Assembly (NCBI RefSeq): GCF_009914755.1
Contig: NC_060926.1
Strand: one strand, 5' to 3'
Length of the DNA stretch: 64,000 nt
From: the human T2T-CHM13v2.0 reference genome, Homo sapiens
The notes under the pieces are model-generated. The model worked only from the letters and a program-made list of their open reading frames with translations, ran no database searches and had not been told where the DNA came from. The position numbers and the translations under genes are program-made. Positions 1 through 14,594 of the stretch are shown here, piece after piece. Each line of letters opens with the position of its first letter. The first letter of the stretch is position 1.

Positions 1-308
1 AGAACAGAAAGATACAGAGCACAGCTGGGTTACTTTAAGTTCCAATTAATAACCAAATATAATCTGAGGGGAAAAACCCAGTGAAAGAAGGGAGAAACTG
101 AACACAACTAAAGATGATAAAAATTTCCTTCCCAAATACTACAAGACTCATATTTCAACTGGATCTTCAAGGACTTTCCTGTCTGAAGACACGAAGCCTC
201 CAGCAAGTCCTTTCATCACCACAATCAGATCTCCAGCTGAACTTCAAAGGGAACTCTATAAAAGCCACTCTGGTGGGCGGTTGTTGAGATAATCACTCTT
301 AGCATCTT
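1..308 (-). other. Probable exon 2 (5' UTR) of the minus-strand CpG-island gene; left boundary not determined
   Basis: Minus strand reads ttttttatttttcaatctgtag|AAGATGCT at 309/308. Unique non-repeat sequence. A second pyrimidine-rich acceptor (gggtttttcccctcag|ATT) lies at 64/63. Confidence 0.5.
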
Positions 309-421
309 CTACAGATTGAAAAATAAAAAACCTGACTTACACATTAAGACCAAACACCAGTCACCATTCTCAACAGTTTATTTTTTAATTTGCTCTAGAC
401 ATCCACAAAATGTATTTTTTA

Positions 422-826
<405 letters not shown>

Positions 827-904
827 TCATGCCAAAATACAAAATCCTAAGTGAACAAGCTAATTTCAAATAGTTCCTAGAAGGTTTAAAATTTCCCTGT
901 TCTG

Positions 905-1199
<295 letters not shown>

Positions 1200-1209
1200 T
1201 TACCCTGTT

Positions 1210-2160
1210 CTAAGCACTTTACATACATTAACTCAATTATTACTCACCATAATCCTGTGAGGTAGGTATTATTACAGTCATCCTACAGATGAGCAGAACT
1301 GAGGCACCACCAAGTTATTAACTTGCCCACAGTCTCAATCAGTAAATGGTGGGAGCCAGAGAATTCTGACCCTAGCTGTCTGATTCCAGAGCCAATATTT
1401 AAATCAACTATACTATTCATTTACTCAACAAGTTTTACTGACAGCCTACTATGTACCAGGCACAGTTCTAAGCACTGGGGATAAAGCTGTGTACAAGTCA
1501 GACAAGACCTCTGCTCGCTTGTTGAGAACAGGGCTGGCAGCAAACAAGTCTAAGGGGGGAAATAAATAAGTGGGAAAAAAAAAACAGTGTATCTTCACCT
1601 AGTAATAAATGCTATGGAGAAAAAGAGAATAAAGAATAAAAGATTATAAAGGAAGGGGCTGGTTCCTATTTTAGAATTAGAAAAGGCCTGAGGCGATGAC
1701 ATTTGAGCAGAAACACAAGACAAGACATGAAGAGCCTTGACCACTTAGAGGAAGGGGTGGTCCAGCTAAAAGAATAGTAAGTATAACATCCTAAGGAAGA
1801 AACACTTTGTTCAAGAACCGGCAAAATGACTATGGGACTGGGGTAGGTTGCTGAAAGTCAGTCACCTAGTAAGAGGTAACGTTAGAAGCTGGCAGCTGCC
1901 AAATCATGCTATGCCCTGATGGCGACTAAGATTCAAATGTAAGTGGTTCACAGGATGCTTTTAGAGGACACTAAGCAAGAAAGTGACAATCTGATTTACA
2001 TTTTTAAAAAGATCCCTCTGGTTGTCAAGGTGAATCCCTAGGGAACAGTCAGGGAGCAAGAGAAATAAACCAGTAAAGGCACTATGGAAACACTCCAACC
2101 AAGAGATAATGGAACTTAGACTAGGATTCATGTACTGTTTATAAGTAGATGCTAACAGAA
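1210..2160. mobile_element. MIR followed by L2 remnant
   Basis: MIR core (acagatgagcagaactgaggca...aacttgccca), then an L2-like end (ttcatttactcaacaag...ctactatgtaccaggcac). Confidence 0.65.
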
Positions 2161-2544
2161 GAGCCTGCAACCTAATTGCCTCTAAAGAGCCTTTTTAATA
2201 TCCCTTTTCCCGTCTCGTCTCCTGACTTGCCTTTGGAAAAAAATAAGATTATTTTTTAATGTCCATGTTAACGCTTCAGTTGGTGCTATTATAGTAAAAA
2301 AAAACTTTTCATTTTTAAATGTTCTGTTTAATATACTCTATGATTAGTAATACGCCACATATACACACCCATACATTCTTGAAAAGCAGAAAGACCCACA
2401 ATGCTCTTTAGTGTAGGACTTGTTCATTTATTTGGAGACGAGAGGTACCTGTCACCTCTTCTGATTACCTTTCCTCTCACGCTTTGTCTCTAGCACATCC
2501 TGGCTCATTCTAGATTGTGAACTGCAATAAACAGGTATACCAAA

Positions 2545-2780
2545 GGGAATATGTATTTACTGAGCACCTCCTGAGTACCATGGTGTCACTAGATGTCTCA
2601 CGTTTAAGAACTGATTTAATCCTCAGCTACCCAAGGTGGGAAATGGTATCTTCATTCTACAAACGAGAAAAAATCAGAGATACTAGTAACTTAACTTGTC
2701 CAGTCACCAGCTAACAATTTGTAGGGCCAGAAATCTAACCTCCATGTAACTGTGAACTTCCTGTCTTTCCACTACAGCAG
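2545..2780. mobile_element. MIR remnant
   Basis: tatttactgagcacct...catttctacaaacgagaaa-like core...taacttgtccagtcac. Confidence 0.6.
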
Positions 2781-3699
2781 CTATCAAAGAAAGTGCTTTC
2801 AAATATATATTATATGTAGTCACTGCAACTTCTTATGAATAATGACCAGTTTGTTGCTGGTGAGGACAACGTTTCCTTAATGCTCTTATGTAGAATCAGA
2901 GTTTTGAAGTTGCGAGTGGGAAGTTGGAAATGTAGTGATCTTATATATTCAAGCACATTATTTTTTAAAAATTATGTTCTACTTGAGACCTCATAGAAAT
3001 TAATTTTAAAAGAGCAATTCCCATCTTTACAAAAAAAATTAAATATGTACGGTTTACCGTAAAATAGCGGTTAAGGTTCTACAACAAAAGATAGGAGTTT
3101 GGTACAGACTCTACCCTCAAAAGGTCCTACACAGTAAGAGAAGACAGGGCTAAAAAGATAAACGCAACACAGGAAAAGGCGCAAATAGCCTAAGAATTGA
3201 ATGGAAGAGAGCCTTGTATACTGGAGAATGATTCCTGGAAGAGGAACTTTAGGTGAGCTCTTAAGTGTCCAGTACAGGAAGGCAGGGAACAATACGCAGC
3301 ACTGGTCCCTGCACGGGCAAACCCAAGAATATGTGTGAAAGGTTGGTGGACAGATAGATGGTTCCCACAGGCTGATTTGCTACATACAGAACTCCATAGA
3401 AAGAACCAAGGTTATGGTTGGTCCTACCCTACCTAAACAGGAAATGGCTTATTCTCGGAGACTAAAGTGCCAAGTCCGGAAAGACCAGACAGATACACAG
3501 AATTACAGACTGTTACATAAAGTCCTTAATAGTTACAAGCCCTTGTTGTGCTATGTGCTAGTCTGCATTATTTTCACCTAAATGAAACCATTTCTACTTA
3601 GTACATGGCGTGAGAAGACGTGGAGATAAAGAGAATTAGCAGACGTATATTATCTGCAATTTATCTTACGGAGGAGTACATTAAGGAGTGTTATGTGAG

Positions 3700-5460
3700 A
3701 TTATTTCTTTACAAACTGAGAATAGGTAGGAAGAGCAGCGAAACACAGCGCGGCTCGGTGCGCCCAGAGCGGCGTCACTGTAACAGTACAGAAGTGGGCA
3801 AGGGGCTCTCGGAAGGACAGTTGGGGAACGGCGCCCAGCGTATTTAGCGAACGGACAAGCAGCAAGGAAAAACAAGGGAGCAACAACCGCCTTCGGACAT
3901 TCCGACCGGTTCTGGGATGCACCGGGGACGTCGAAGGCGGGGTGCGGAAAAACGCTGTGGCTGGAGTGCGGGTGGGAGCGGCGGCTCGACCGGGTCGACA
4001 TTCTACAAACGCTTGTGGAACGAACGCCCGAACGCGCGCGTGAATGAATGGCGCGGAACTGAATGGCCGGCCGAGGCGCCGGCGCAGGAGGAAGGAGTTT
4101 GCGGCGCGGTCTGACCGGGCCGGCGGGATGCGGCCGGGCGCGGAGGGAAGGGCCGCTGCGCCAGGGGTCGGCGCGGGGCGGCCATGGGGCTGGCGGCGGC
4201 GCGGGGCCGGCCGCGCCATGACGGAAGGGAAGGGGAGGGGAGGTCACACATTACATAACCCGGCGGCTGCGAGCGTCAGGGGAAGGCGCCGTGGACAGCC
4301 CAGGCCGCGACAGGACGGCCGCGGGCCGGGGCCGGGGCGACGCACCCCTCCCCCGCGCCACCTCAGGCCGACCGCGCTCTGGCCGCTGCCGGGCGGGTCT
4401 GCGGCGCCTCCGGGCGACGCGTGTCCGATCCCGCCCCTCCCCCACCCCGCCGCCGGCCCGGGGGTCGCTCACCTTCCGCGTTGCCCCAGACCACCATGCC
4501 CGGGCCCGGCGGCCTTCTCCGGCCTTGCGGACCCCGGCCCCGCCGCCGCCAGTGCCCTCGCCAGGGACCAGGGAGGAGGGCCGGGGGAAGGCAGCCCCAC
4601 CGCTGAGCAGCGCCGCGGTCCACGCTCCCCCACGCTCGCGGCAACCAACCCCGCGCGCGCTCCGCGGTGGCTCTCCGCCCCTCCCCCTCCGGTTAGCGCG
4701 CGCGCCGCAGCCACGCCCCCTAGCGTTCCGCGCGCGCTCCCCGGCCCCGCTCGCGCTCACAGCCGCGCGGCGCACGCGCTCTGCTCCCCCCGGCCCGGGG
4801 CGACCCCAGCCTCGGGCGTAGCACCGCGGCGCCCGGCGTCGGCCTCCGTGTTCCTCCCCTCCCCGGCCCCGCCCTGTTGTTCTGCAGCCGCCCGCAAGGG
4901 GCAGCGCCTGGGCGGCACGTGACCGTCTCGCTAGCTGGGCGGAGGGGAGCGCAGCGCGGGCCCGCCCACGCACTGCGCCGCCTGCCCGCCCGTCCTGCTC
5001 CGGTCACCCCCGCGCTTCGTTGACCGGGTCGCGGCTCTTCGGTTGCCATTCGGACAGCGCGCCGCTCCGTGCACAGCGAGTCCCCGCGCCTGCCCCGCCT
5101 TGGGGCTCCCCAGTGGGGAAGGACACAAGTGCAGACACTGACCGGGCTTCAAACCCCGGTACTGTGTGAAGATGCGCCAGACGCCCGGGTTCCCTCCTTA
5201 AGCAATTGATTTACAGTGACATCTAGTGGAGAAAGGGACACACATGAACTGACATTTTCCTATGTCCAGAGCAACCGAGAACCACGGCCCACTCAGGTTC
5301 GCGGGAAGGAGCACTGCGCCACGGCGTTTTCGGGATTCGTGGCCTGCTCCCGCAGGGCACAGACACTATCTTCTGTCCTTTGAGTGCCCGGGCAGCATTG
5401 CGCCTGAGTATTTGTAAACGGAGGGCCGGTATCCCATCCCATGTACAGCGCTGGAGTTAC
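3700..5460. promoter_or_regulatory. CpG island / promoter of a minus-strand gene
   Basis: Very high GC and CpG density against a CpG-depleted background; several GC boxes; E-box CACGTGAC at 4916-4923. Confidence 0.92.
4473..4700 (-). other. Probable exon 1 (TSS position approximate)
   Basis: Consensus donor GGAAG|GTGAGC at 4473/4472 inside the island, followed by G-rich intron start; ATG in strong context (GGGCATGG) at 4497. Confidence 0.65.
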
Positions 5461-5917
5461 CCGAGAAAGCAGTTTTCTATGAATATAAAAATAATATCCT
5501 ATATTATGTATGCGTAAGTACAATTCTAATTGAGGGCCTTCTAGCAGAAAACAATCCGTCCATAAGGACCACTTTCTCCCTCTTGGCAGGGTCGCTTTGA
5601 AGACTCCACATTGTTACATAATAGTCTTTATTGTTGTAATGCACAAACATGAAGATACTTTTTTCCCACTCATTCCCTTGCCTAAAATGCTTCAGAGTTT
5701 GCAGGTACTTAGGAAACAATCAGTATTCTTTTGAAAACTGATTTGCAGAGTTGGAACTTGTTTACTAGCAACACAGAGAATACTCAAATAGCTCATTTCT
5801 TTCCCTTTCAGTTTTTTGCCATTTTATAGACTTCTATAAATGCACTTCAACTTCAGTATTCTCGTCGCTAATCCAACGAATTTAGATTGCATACTTTTCA
5901 AAGACGTCATAATTTAA

Positions 5918-6240
<323 letters not shown>

Positions 6241-6682
6241 ATAATTTTAACAGACTCACGACCAGTTGCCGACTGCAACACCAGGAGGTCATCTGCTGAG
6301 ATGCTACAGAAAAACAGTGGTAACCCCTTGTTATGGGTGAGTTTTGTTTTGGTTGTTGTTCTTTTGCTTGTTTTAAATGTCTAAATGGCAGCATTCCTGC
6401 ACGATTGTATTTCAATTTTCTTTTCCACTCTCGTATTCAAACCGAAGATCTTTTTTTTTCTTCTTTTTGTATTTTTCTCAAGGAAGAAACACAAACCTTG
6501 AGCCAACTGACCTTGGCAATACCTTTATAGAATACAGTAAAATGGTATTAACTGCAAACTAGTAGGCAGCCTCTGTAAAGGACGAAAAAAAATCACGTTG
6601 CTGTCTACATAAAATAGGATAAAAAGAGAGATGGGGAATACATAAATAAAAATGTATTTATGGACAAATTCTAGCATCCTTG

Positions 6683-6830
6683 TGACAGGGTCTTGCTCTG
6701 TTGTCCAGGCTGGAGTGCAGTGGCAAGATCATAGCTCAGTGTAACCTCAAACTCCTGGTCCCAAGCGAACCTCCCACCTAGGTGTTCCAAAGCACTAAGA
6801 TTACAGGCATGAGCCACCTCACCCAGTCCA
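6683..6830 (-). mobile_element. FLAM/AluJ monomer
   Basis: Single-arm antisense Alu-family sequence. Confidence 0.8.
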
Positions 6831-8014
6831 AAGTTTTATTTTTGTCCATTCCAGAATATTATGTTTTATGCCATCACATAATGAAGTCCTCTTGTTTCAA
6901 TTTCATGCACCTACATTTATTCACCCACTTATCTATTTATATTTATTCTCATAGGATTATCTTTCTCATGTAAGGGGAGTCAGGCTGACCTTTGGGCCAC
7001 TCTGGGGGTCTAGAGATGGCCGCGCTGGACCCCTACACTTGGGGGAGTGCTTTGGGGCACTGTACCTTATTTCCGTTTTCTGAACCTCATTAAAATTCAT
7101 TTCATTACTGCTATCTCAAAAGGCCTATGAAAGTGCCAACCACTGACCTTTGGAGGGACAGCCATGGATAAGGACATGACTTCTGTCCTTTCACCTCTGT
7201 ATCTGGCAGTAAACTTTCCTTGGAAACATTTACATCTAGTCTCTCAAATACCAAAAACAAACAGCATGAAACTACTAAAAACAGAGGTTTGTACTCAAGT
7301 CCCTTGGCTGATGTAGACACAATAACATGTGATTTACTCCATAGGAAAGAGTGTGCTGATTGTAATAAGGATTCAGTGCATTATGCTGAAAGATGAAATA
7401 ATAAGGCAGAATGATCTCACACCCACAGAAACTTAGGAAATTGGCAGTGGAATTGGTTCACCAAGACTGAACTCTTTCAAACATACCATCATGTTTGACA
7501 ATATGACTGAACTCTTTCAAACATACATGGACAGGTGTATATATCTGTATTTAAGCAACACTGTTCACAGATTTTAGGATGATGCAACAATCAGTTATCA
7601 TGTACATTCTATATGCCTGTCCCTGTGCCAGACCCTGTAGGGTCAACAGTGGACAAAATACATTGCCTGCCCCCAAAAAGCTCCCAGTGTAGTGAAGGAG
7701 GCAAACAAACAGGTACCTGCAGTACAGGCTCAGGGCTGTTACTTGAGGGCAATCTATGAAGCACACAGGACAGGTGTCAGGGAGGCTTCCTAAAAATGTG
7801 ACATCTCAGTAAGTTCTGAGAGACTAGTCCAGTTGGTTAGGAAATGCCATTTCCAGAGGGAGCGAGATGTGCAAAGGCAGAGAAAGGAGAGAGAACAGGG
7901 AACATTTTAGAAACTGCAGAGTGCAAAGTGCAGAGTGGTGTGGGCTGTGGGGAAGGGTCCATGTTGAAAAGGGAGGTTGGGGAGGCAAGTAGGGTCCAGC
8001 GCATGAAGGGCCTG

Positions 8015-8401
8015 GTGTTAGTCTGTTCTCACGCTGCTGTAAAGAACTTCCCTGAGTCTCAGTAATTTATAAAGGACTGAGGTTTAATTGACTCACAGTT
8101 CCACATAGCTGGGGGGGGCCTCAAGATACTTACAATCATGGCAGAAGGGGAAGCAGGCACCTTCTTCACAAGGTGGTGGGAGAGAGAAGAGAAAGCAAAG
8201 GAGGAAGACCCCCTTATAAAACCATCAGATCTAGTGAGAACTCACTCATTATCACAAGAACAGCATGGGGGAAACCGCCTCCATGTTCCAATCACCTCCG
8301 TCCTTTGACATGGTGGCGAGGGGATTACAGGTCCCTCCCTCGACATGAGGATTAAAATTTGAGATGAGATTTGGGTGGGGACACAGAGTCAAACCATATC
8401 A
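8015..8401. mobile_element. MaLR solo LTR (THE1/MSTA-like) within an L2 remnant
   Basis: tgttagtctgttctcacgctgct...ggtttaattgactcacagttcc...aaaccatatca, typical THE1/MST termini. Confidence 0.8.
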
Positions 8402-9345
8402 GGCCCCATAAAGTATCTTACTGCATTTTGACTGTATTCTGAGGGTGCAATGAACCCTTGAAAGGTTTTAGGCAATAAAGTGAGTTTTGAAAGTCTCTCT
8501 GGCTGATGCATGGAGAATGGGTTTGAGAGGTGGTCACGGGGTCTTGCAATAGTCCATGTGTACAGGTGCAGCCTAGAGAAATTAGGGGGCTAGATTTCAC
8601 CAGGGTAGGGGGTCTGTAAAGCAATATAATGAAACAAGAAGAAGGCAAGGAAGTTGAGGGTGTAGGCAAGTGGGAAATCATAATGATTGATTGTGGAACT
8701 TAAGCTGAAGGGGAGAGAGCACATGCCAAGGGTAGGTGGAGGTTGCTGAAAGATGATATCAATGGGCGGGGGCTGAAGGGCAGGCATGGAGGTTGTTTGA
8801 AAGGCTCTTTGGAGTCAGGTATTAACATTACATTACATGTGGCAATGACAAGATTGCAGAGGGAGTTAGTGGCTGAGATACAAGGGAGGACAAAGTCATG
8901 GAAGAGAGAAGTTCAAGGATATGAGGGGCCAGAGTGAGAGAAAGATCATCTCTGTGTATATCGAAATCATCAAGAATAAAGACTGGAGTCGTGTTGGAGC
9001 AAGGGGCAGTGAGCCAGAATACGATCTTGATGGCTCCAGGTCAGAAGGATGAACATCATTCAGTATATTCCATTCTAATATAGTAGTGGTCTTAGGACAG
9101 AGGTTCCCAAACATTCTCTGTTCATGGCATCCTTAGTACCTCAGTAATTTTTTCCCAGCATCCCTAAGAGTTTTGCCAAAAGCTATATCTAACAGTTTTG
9201 CTTATTAAATAGGTAGGGCCAGGCCAGGTGCGGTGGCTCTAGAGTGGTAATTTTTTTTACCAAGTGGATATCCTCTTCAGCAATCTTTCACCATATGGTT
9301 TCAGCATCTATTAATGATTCTGGCCTGAATAAACCATTTTATTGA

Positions 9346-10072
<727 letters not shown>

Positions 10073-11164
10073 AGTGGGTTGCAAAGGATGTTTTCCTAAT
10101 TCCATAATTCCTTCTGCATTTATTAGTTGGCATTCTTCAAAGAACCTCCCATACTAACTGGGATAAACTATAATTTCTTCTTAAAAAGCAGCCAAGCAGA
10201 GTCTCAGCCTCCTGGATATCAGCTATTGTTCCTAGATGTGACTCTGATGGGCCACTTTCCTACCTCTTGCTGACTCTTAAATTGGACAACTTCCGCCTCT
10301 GACTCAGCATTTGAAATTAATTTCCCATGTGGGAATTTGCAAATAATCCTTACTAACAATTGATGTGTGCAGGACGGCCCAGCCACTGGCTTTCCCTGAT
10401 AATCACAGCGATGACCCCAAGAAGTGCCCAAAGTTTGGTTATGTGTGACTAGTTTGTGTCTAAAAATGAGACCAAATGGTGCTTCTAAAAAATTCCAGTG
10501 ACTTTCCCAAAGCTTTTTTGCTGGTCGTTTTCACACAATAGGTGTTTCATTTCTAAATTGTTGTATACTCTGATTTGGTCTTTCTGTGTTGCTTTGTTTA
10601 TCATTTATTTTTCCCTTCAAGGTAAACGTGCTTCTTCCTATTTTGAAATCTTTCAAGTTTCACCTATATCTCTGTTTATTTGCTGAATACTCCTGAGACA
10701 ATAATATCTGGGCTTGGCGCTCTGCTTGGCTGAAATGCATTCTGCCTGTTAATCATTTCTACTATCAGCACCCTTTAACTTAGCCTCCTGGATATCCGCT
10801 ATTGTTCCTAGATGTGACTCTTCATTTTGGCAATTCTCTACTCTCTCCCTCTGTGAGTAATGAAATTGTCTTTTCAAAATCTAGTCTGTCTTTATCTCTT
10901 TTGTACTTTGAACCCTTCTTTTTCCCTGTGTAATAATATTTTATGTCTGTGTATATGGTTAAAAAGCCCATGATTATGAATACTGCTTGCAATATTGAGC
11001 CTCTTGATTTTTAAAATATTTTCCTGATTAAACTCATATATCATGATTAATTCTGCTTGTCTTTTATAATTCTCTTATCTTTATTCTGGCTTCTTCATAT
11101 TATTTTTCTTAAAAGTCCAGAAACAAAAGTCTTCTCTATTGTTTTTTCTTTCTCTTTCTTTCCT

Positions 11165-11836
<672 letters not shown>

Positions 11837-11839
11837 CTT

Positions 11840-11857
11840 TGGGGGCTCACCCGTGAT
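11840..11857 (+). promoter_or_regulatory. Primer-binding site, tRNA-Pro type
   Basis: tgggggctcacccgtgat, 15/18 match to TGGGGGCTCGTCCGGGAT, 3 nt after the LTR end. Confidence 0.85.
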
Positions 11858-12254
11858 TACATTCCCCTCCTGGGACGGTCTCTGGTTCTCTCTCGTGAGG
11901 AGGCATGCGTCCCGCCCCTTGTGGTGGCCTCAGGGGTGAGAAATCAGAACCCACCCAGTGTGAGGAATAACCCAGCTCTCAGCAATGTGGGGGGAAAGAA
12001 AAAAAACAAAACTGGCCAGCAGTGTAGCTTAAAGGATCCTCACAAACTGTAGCGATGACTCTGTGCACAGCCCAAGGAAGGAGAAGCTGCAGGAGCCGGT
12101 AAAGTATTTCCCTGGTGTTCGGGACCAAGGTAAGAAAGCTTCAGGAGGTGTAGGGGGTGAGGTACTCCTTGGTCGGGTTGGCTTAGAGGTTAAAAAAGAG
12201 GCAAGACATCCCCATTGGGGGCATTTAACTTCACACAAATCTCCAGTAGTACAA

Positions 12255-12470
12255 AAGGTAAGAAATTTCCAGTGGGGAAATTGAGCCTCACCCCAAAAGG
12301 CAAGAAATTTCCAGTGGGGGGAGCCTCACCCCAAAAGGCAAGAAATTTCCAGTGGGGGAAATTGAGCCTCACACCAAAAGGCAAGAAATTTCCAGTGGGG
12401 GAAATTGAGCCTCACCCCAAAAAGTGAGAAATTTCCAGTAAGGGAAATTGAAACTTGAACCTTACCCCAA
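12255..12470 (+). repeat. Five-unit ~42-bp tandem repeat in the ERV leader
   Basis: Unit aaggcaagaaatttccagtgggggaaattgagcctcaccccaa; lengths 42, 38, 43, 43, 50. Confidence 0.92.
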
Positions 12471-12480
12471 AACCATCAAG

Positions 12481-14180
12481 ATGGGAAATACCCCAAGCAA
12501 GACAGGGAGCAAGGGGAATAAAGATGGTAACAAATATATCCCCCAGATAACACCCTAGGTCTCATGCTAAAACACTGGAAAGATAATGAAAGGATGAAAC
12601 ATAGGAAAAAGCAACAAATGATAAAATATTGCTGTTTTATTTGGACTCAGGGACCCATCCTCAGACCCTCAATTTTCTGGCCACAGTTTGGGTCAAATGA
12701 GGATGTAATGTGTCAGCTTCTAATCTGATATGTTAATGATAAAAGCCCAGTGTCTCAACAAGAACTAGGCTATGCCCTTTGTTGGAGGCAAGGACCTGCC
12801 CTCCTTTTCCCTTAAAAACAAATAGGGAGGAACCCAATCTGGCACCTCAAAATGAAAAGTCAGAGGAGCCAGCTCTCATGCCTAAAGACTCCAGCGCATG
12901 GGATCCCTGAGACTATCTCCCCCACTCATTGTCCCCAATCTTTCCCCTCAGACAGCCACTACTGCCTCAGATCCCATTCCAAATTCCCCCTCTTCTCACG
13001 TTATCCCTCCTTCTTATAACCCTGACACTTGGGAATTACCATCCCATCTCAGCCTGTTCCTTCCCAACCTAAATACCCCTTTCTAAAAGGACTCCAGCAT
13101 GAAGTAGAACTATGTAAAAAAGATATTCAGAATTTCCCATTTCCCTCCATACCTAAGAGGTCAGCCCCGACTCTCTTCCCTTTGAAAGAGGTACCACAAG
13201 GAGGGGGCACCATTGGCTTTGTAAATGCTCCCTTAACCAGTTCAGAAGTCTGGAATCTTAAAAAGGAGCTTAAACCGCTAGTAGATAACACTTATGGAGT
13301 GGCAGACCAAATTGACCAATTCTTAGGACCTCAGTTGTACACTTGGGTCGAGTTAATACCCATCTTGGGCATCCTGTTTTCAGGGGAAGAAAGTATGATT
13401 CGTAGGGCTGCTATGGTAGTTTGGGAACGTGAGCACCCTCCCGGTGAAAACATTCCTACCGCGGACCAGAAATTCCCCGCCCGAGACCCCTGGTGGGACA
13501 ATAACAACGCAGATCACCAGGAAAATATGCAGGACCTAAGGGAGATAATAATAAAAGGAATTCGGGAATCAGTACCCCGAACCCAAAATCTTTCTAAAGC
13601 ATTTGATATACAACAGGAAAAGGATGACCGGCCTATGAAATTCCTAGACAGACTGAGGGAGCAAATGAGGCAATATGCAGGCCTCAATTGGATGATCCCC
13701 TTGGGCAAGGAATGTTGAAACTCCAATTTGTCACTAAAAGTTGGCCAGACATTTCAAGAGTTACAAAAGATAGACAATTGGGAAGACCCTCCCCTAAGTG
13801 AGCTTCTCAGGGAAGCTCAGAAAGTATACATGAAAAGGGACGAAGAAAAACAGAAACAAAAGGTAAAATGTATGTTTCCACCTTCCAACAGATGGCTCCA
13901 AACCCAGGTACTTCTAGACAGTTTTCAGGGAGCCAGAAACTATAAAGGGTCTGAACCCTCTTTTAAAGGATCCCAGCTTCCATCTGGAGGACCAGGGTTC
14001 TCGTCTACCAGGCTCCCTAAAGAGTATGGGGGAGAAGGGTTAAAGAATCCCAGAACTAAGAGGGAGGAAGGACAAGATAGGTGCTATAGATGTGGAAGAA
14101 CAGGCCACTTCAAGAGAGGATGTCCTGAACTAAGAAAGGAGAAAGAAGCCCTTCCACTCATGACTTTTGAGGAAGAATAG
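12481..14180 (+). pseudogene. gag: ERV gag, disrupted
   Basis: Starts MGNTPSK (myristoylation-type); capsid-like ORF 13029-13718; zinc knuckle CYRCGRTGHFKRGC; ends TAG at 14178-14180; internal stop and frameshifts. Confidence 0.9.
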
Positions 14181-14375
14181 GGGGATCAGGGGCTCTGTCT
14201 CTTTTATCTTGAGTCCCACCAGGAGCCCTTGATAAATTTGGAGGTGGGACCTAAACATGAGCTTATCACCTTTTTAGTCAATTCAGGGGCTGCTCACTCC
14301 TCTGTTTGTTTCCCCCCGTCTAATGTTGCCACCTCCTCAGAGGAACTTTTAGTCTCCAGGATAAAAGGGGAAGGA
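14181..14375 (+). pseudogene. pro: ERV protease N-terminal fragment
   Basis: In frame after the gag TAG (gammaretroviral readthrough layout): EPLINLEVGPKHELITFLVNSGA; catalytic D replaced by N (AAT 14280-14282). Confidence 0.85.
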
Positions 14376-14419
14376 GAGGGGAGAACAGCCGCATAAGCAG
14401 CTGGCAGAGGCAGGAAAGA

Positions 14420-14590
14420 CCAGCAGAGAGGAAAGAGAGCGAGAGAGAGGAAAAAGAGAGAAAAAGGCAGAGAGAGAGGAAGAGACAGAGACATAAAGAG
14501 GGAGTCAGAGAGAGAGGAAGAGACAAAGAGGGAGTCAGAGAGAGAGAAAGAGACAGATAGAGAAAGAGATAGAAGTAGTAAAGAGAAAAC
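14420..14590 (+). repeat. GA-rich low-complexity tract inside the ERV
   Basis: agagagaggaagagacagagac-type purine repeats. Confidence 0.85.
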
Positions 14591-14594
14591 AATG

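Noticed and set aside
4490-4606. Plus-strand ACCACCATG Kozak match opening a short ORF
   Set aside because: It is the complement of the minus-strand ATGGTGGT; splice signals favour the minus strand
3681-5049. Long overlapping ORFs (up to 292 aa) in the CpG island
   Set aside because: Arg/Pro/Gly/Ala-rich and open in several frames on both strands; expected from stop-codon scarcity at high GC; no recognisable domain
12255-12470. CRISPR-like array of palindromic repeats
   Set aside because: No unique spacers, no cas genes, inside a retroviral leader in a primate genome
13029-14180. Gag ORFs of 229 and 150 aa as a domesticated gene
   Set aside because: Fragments separated by frameshifts, lacking the true start; consistent with neutral decay
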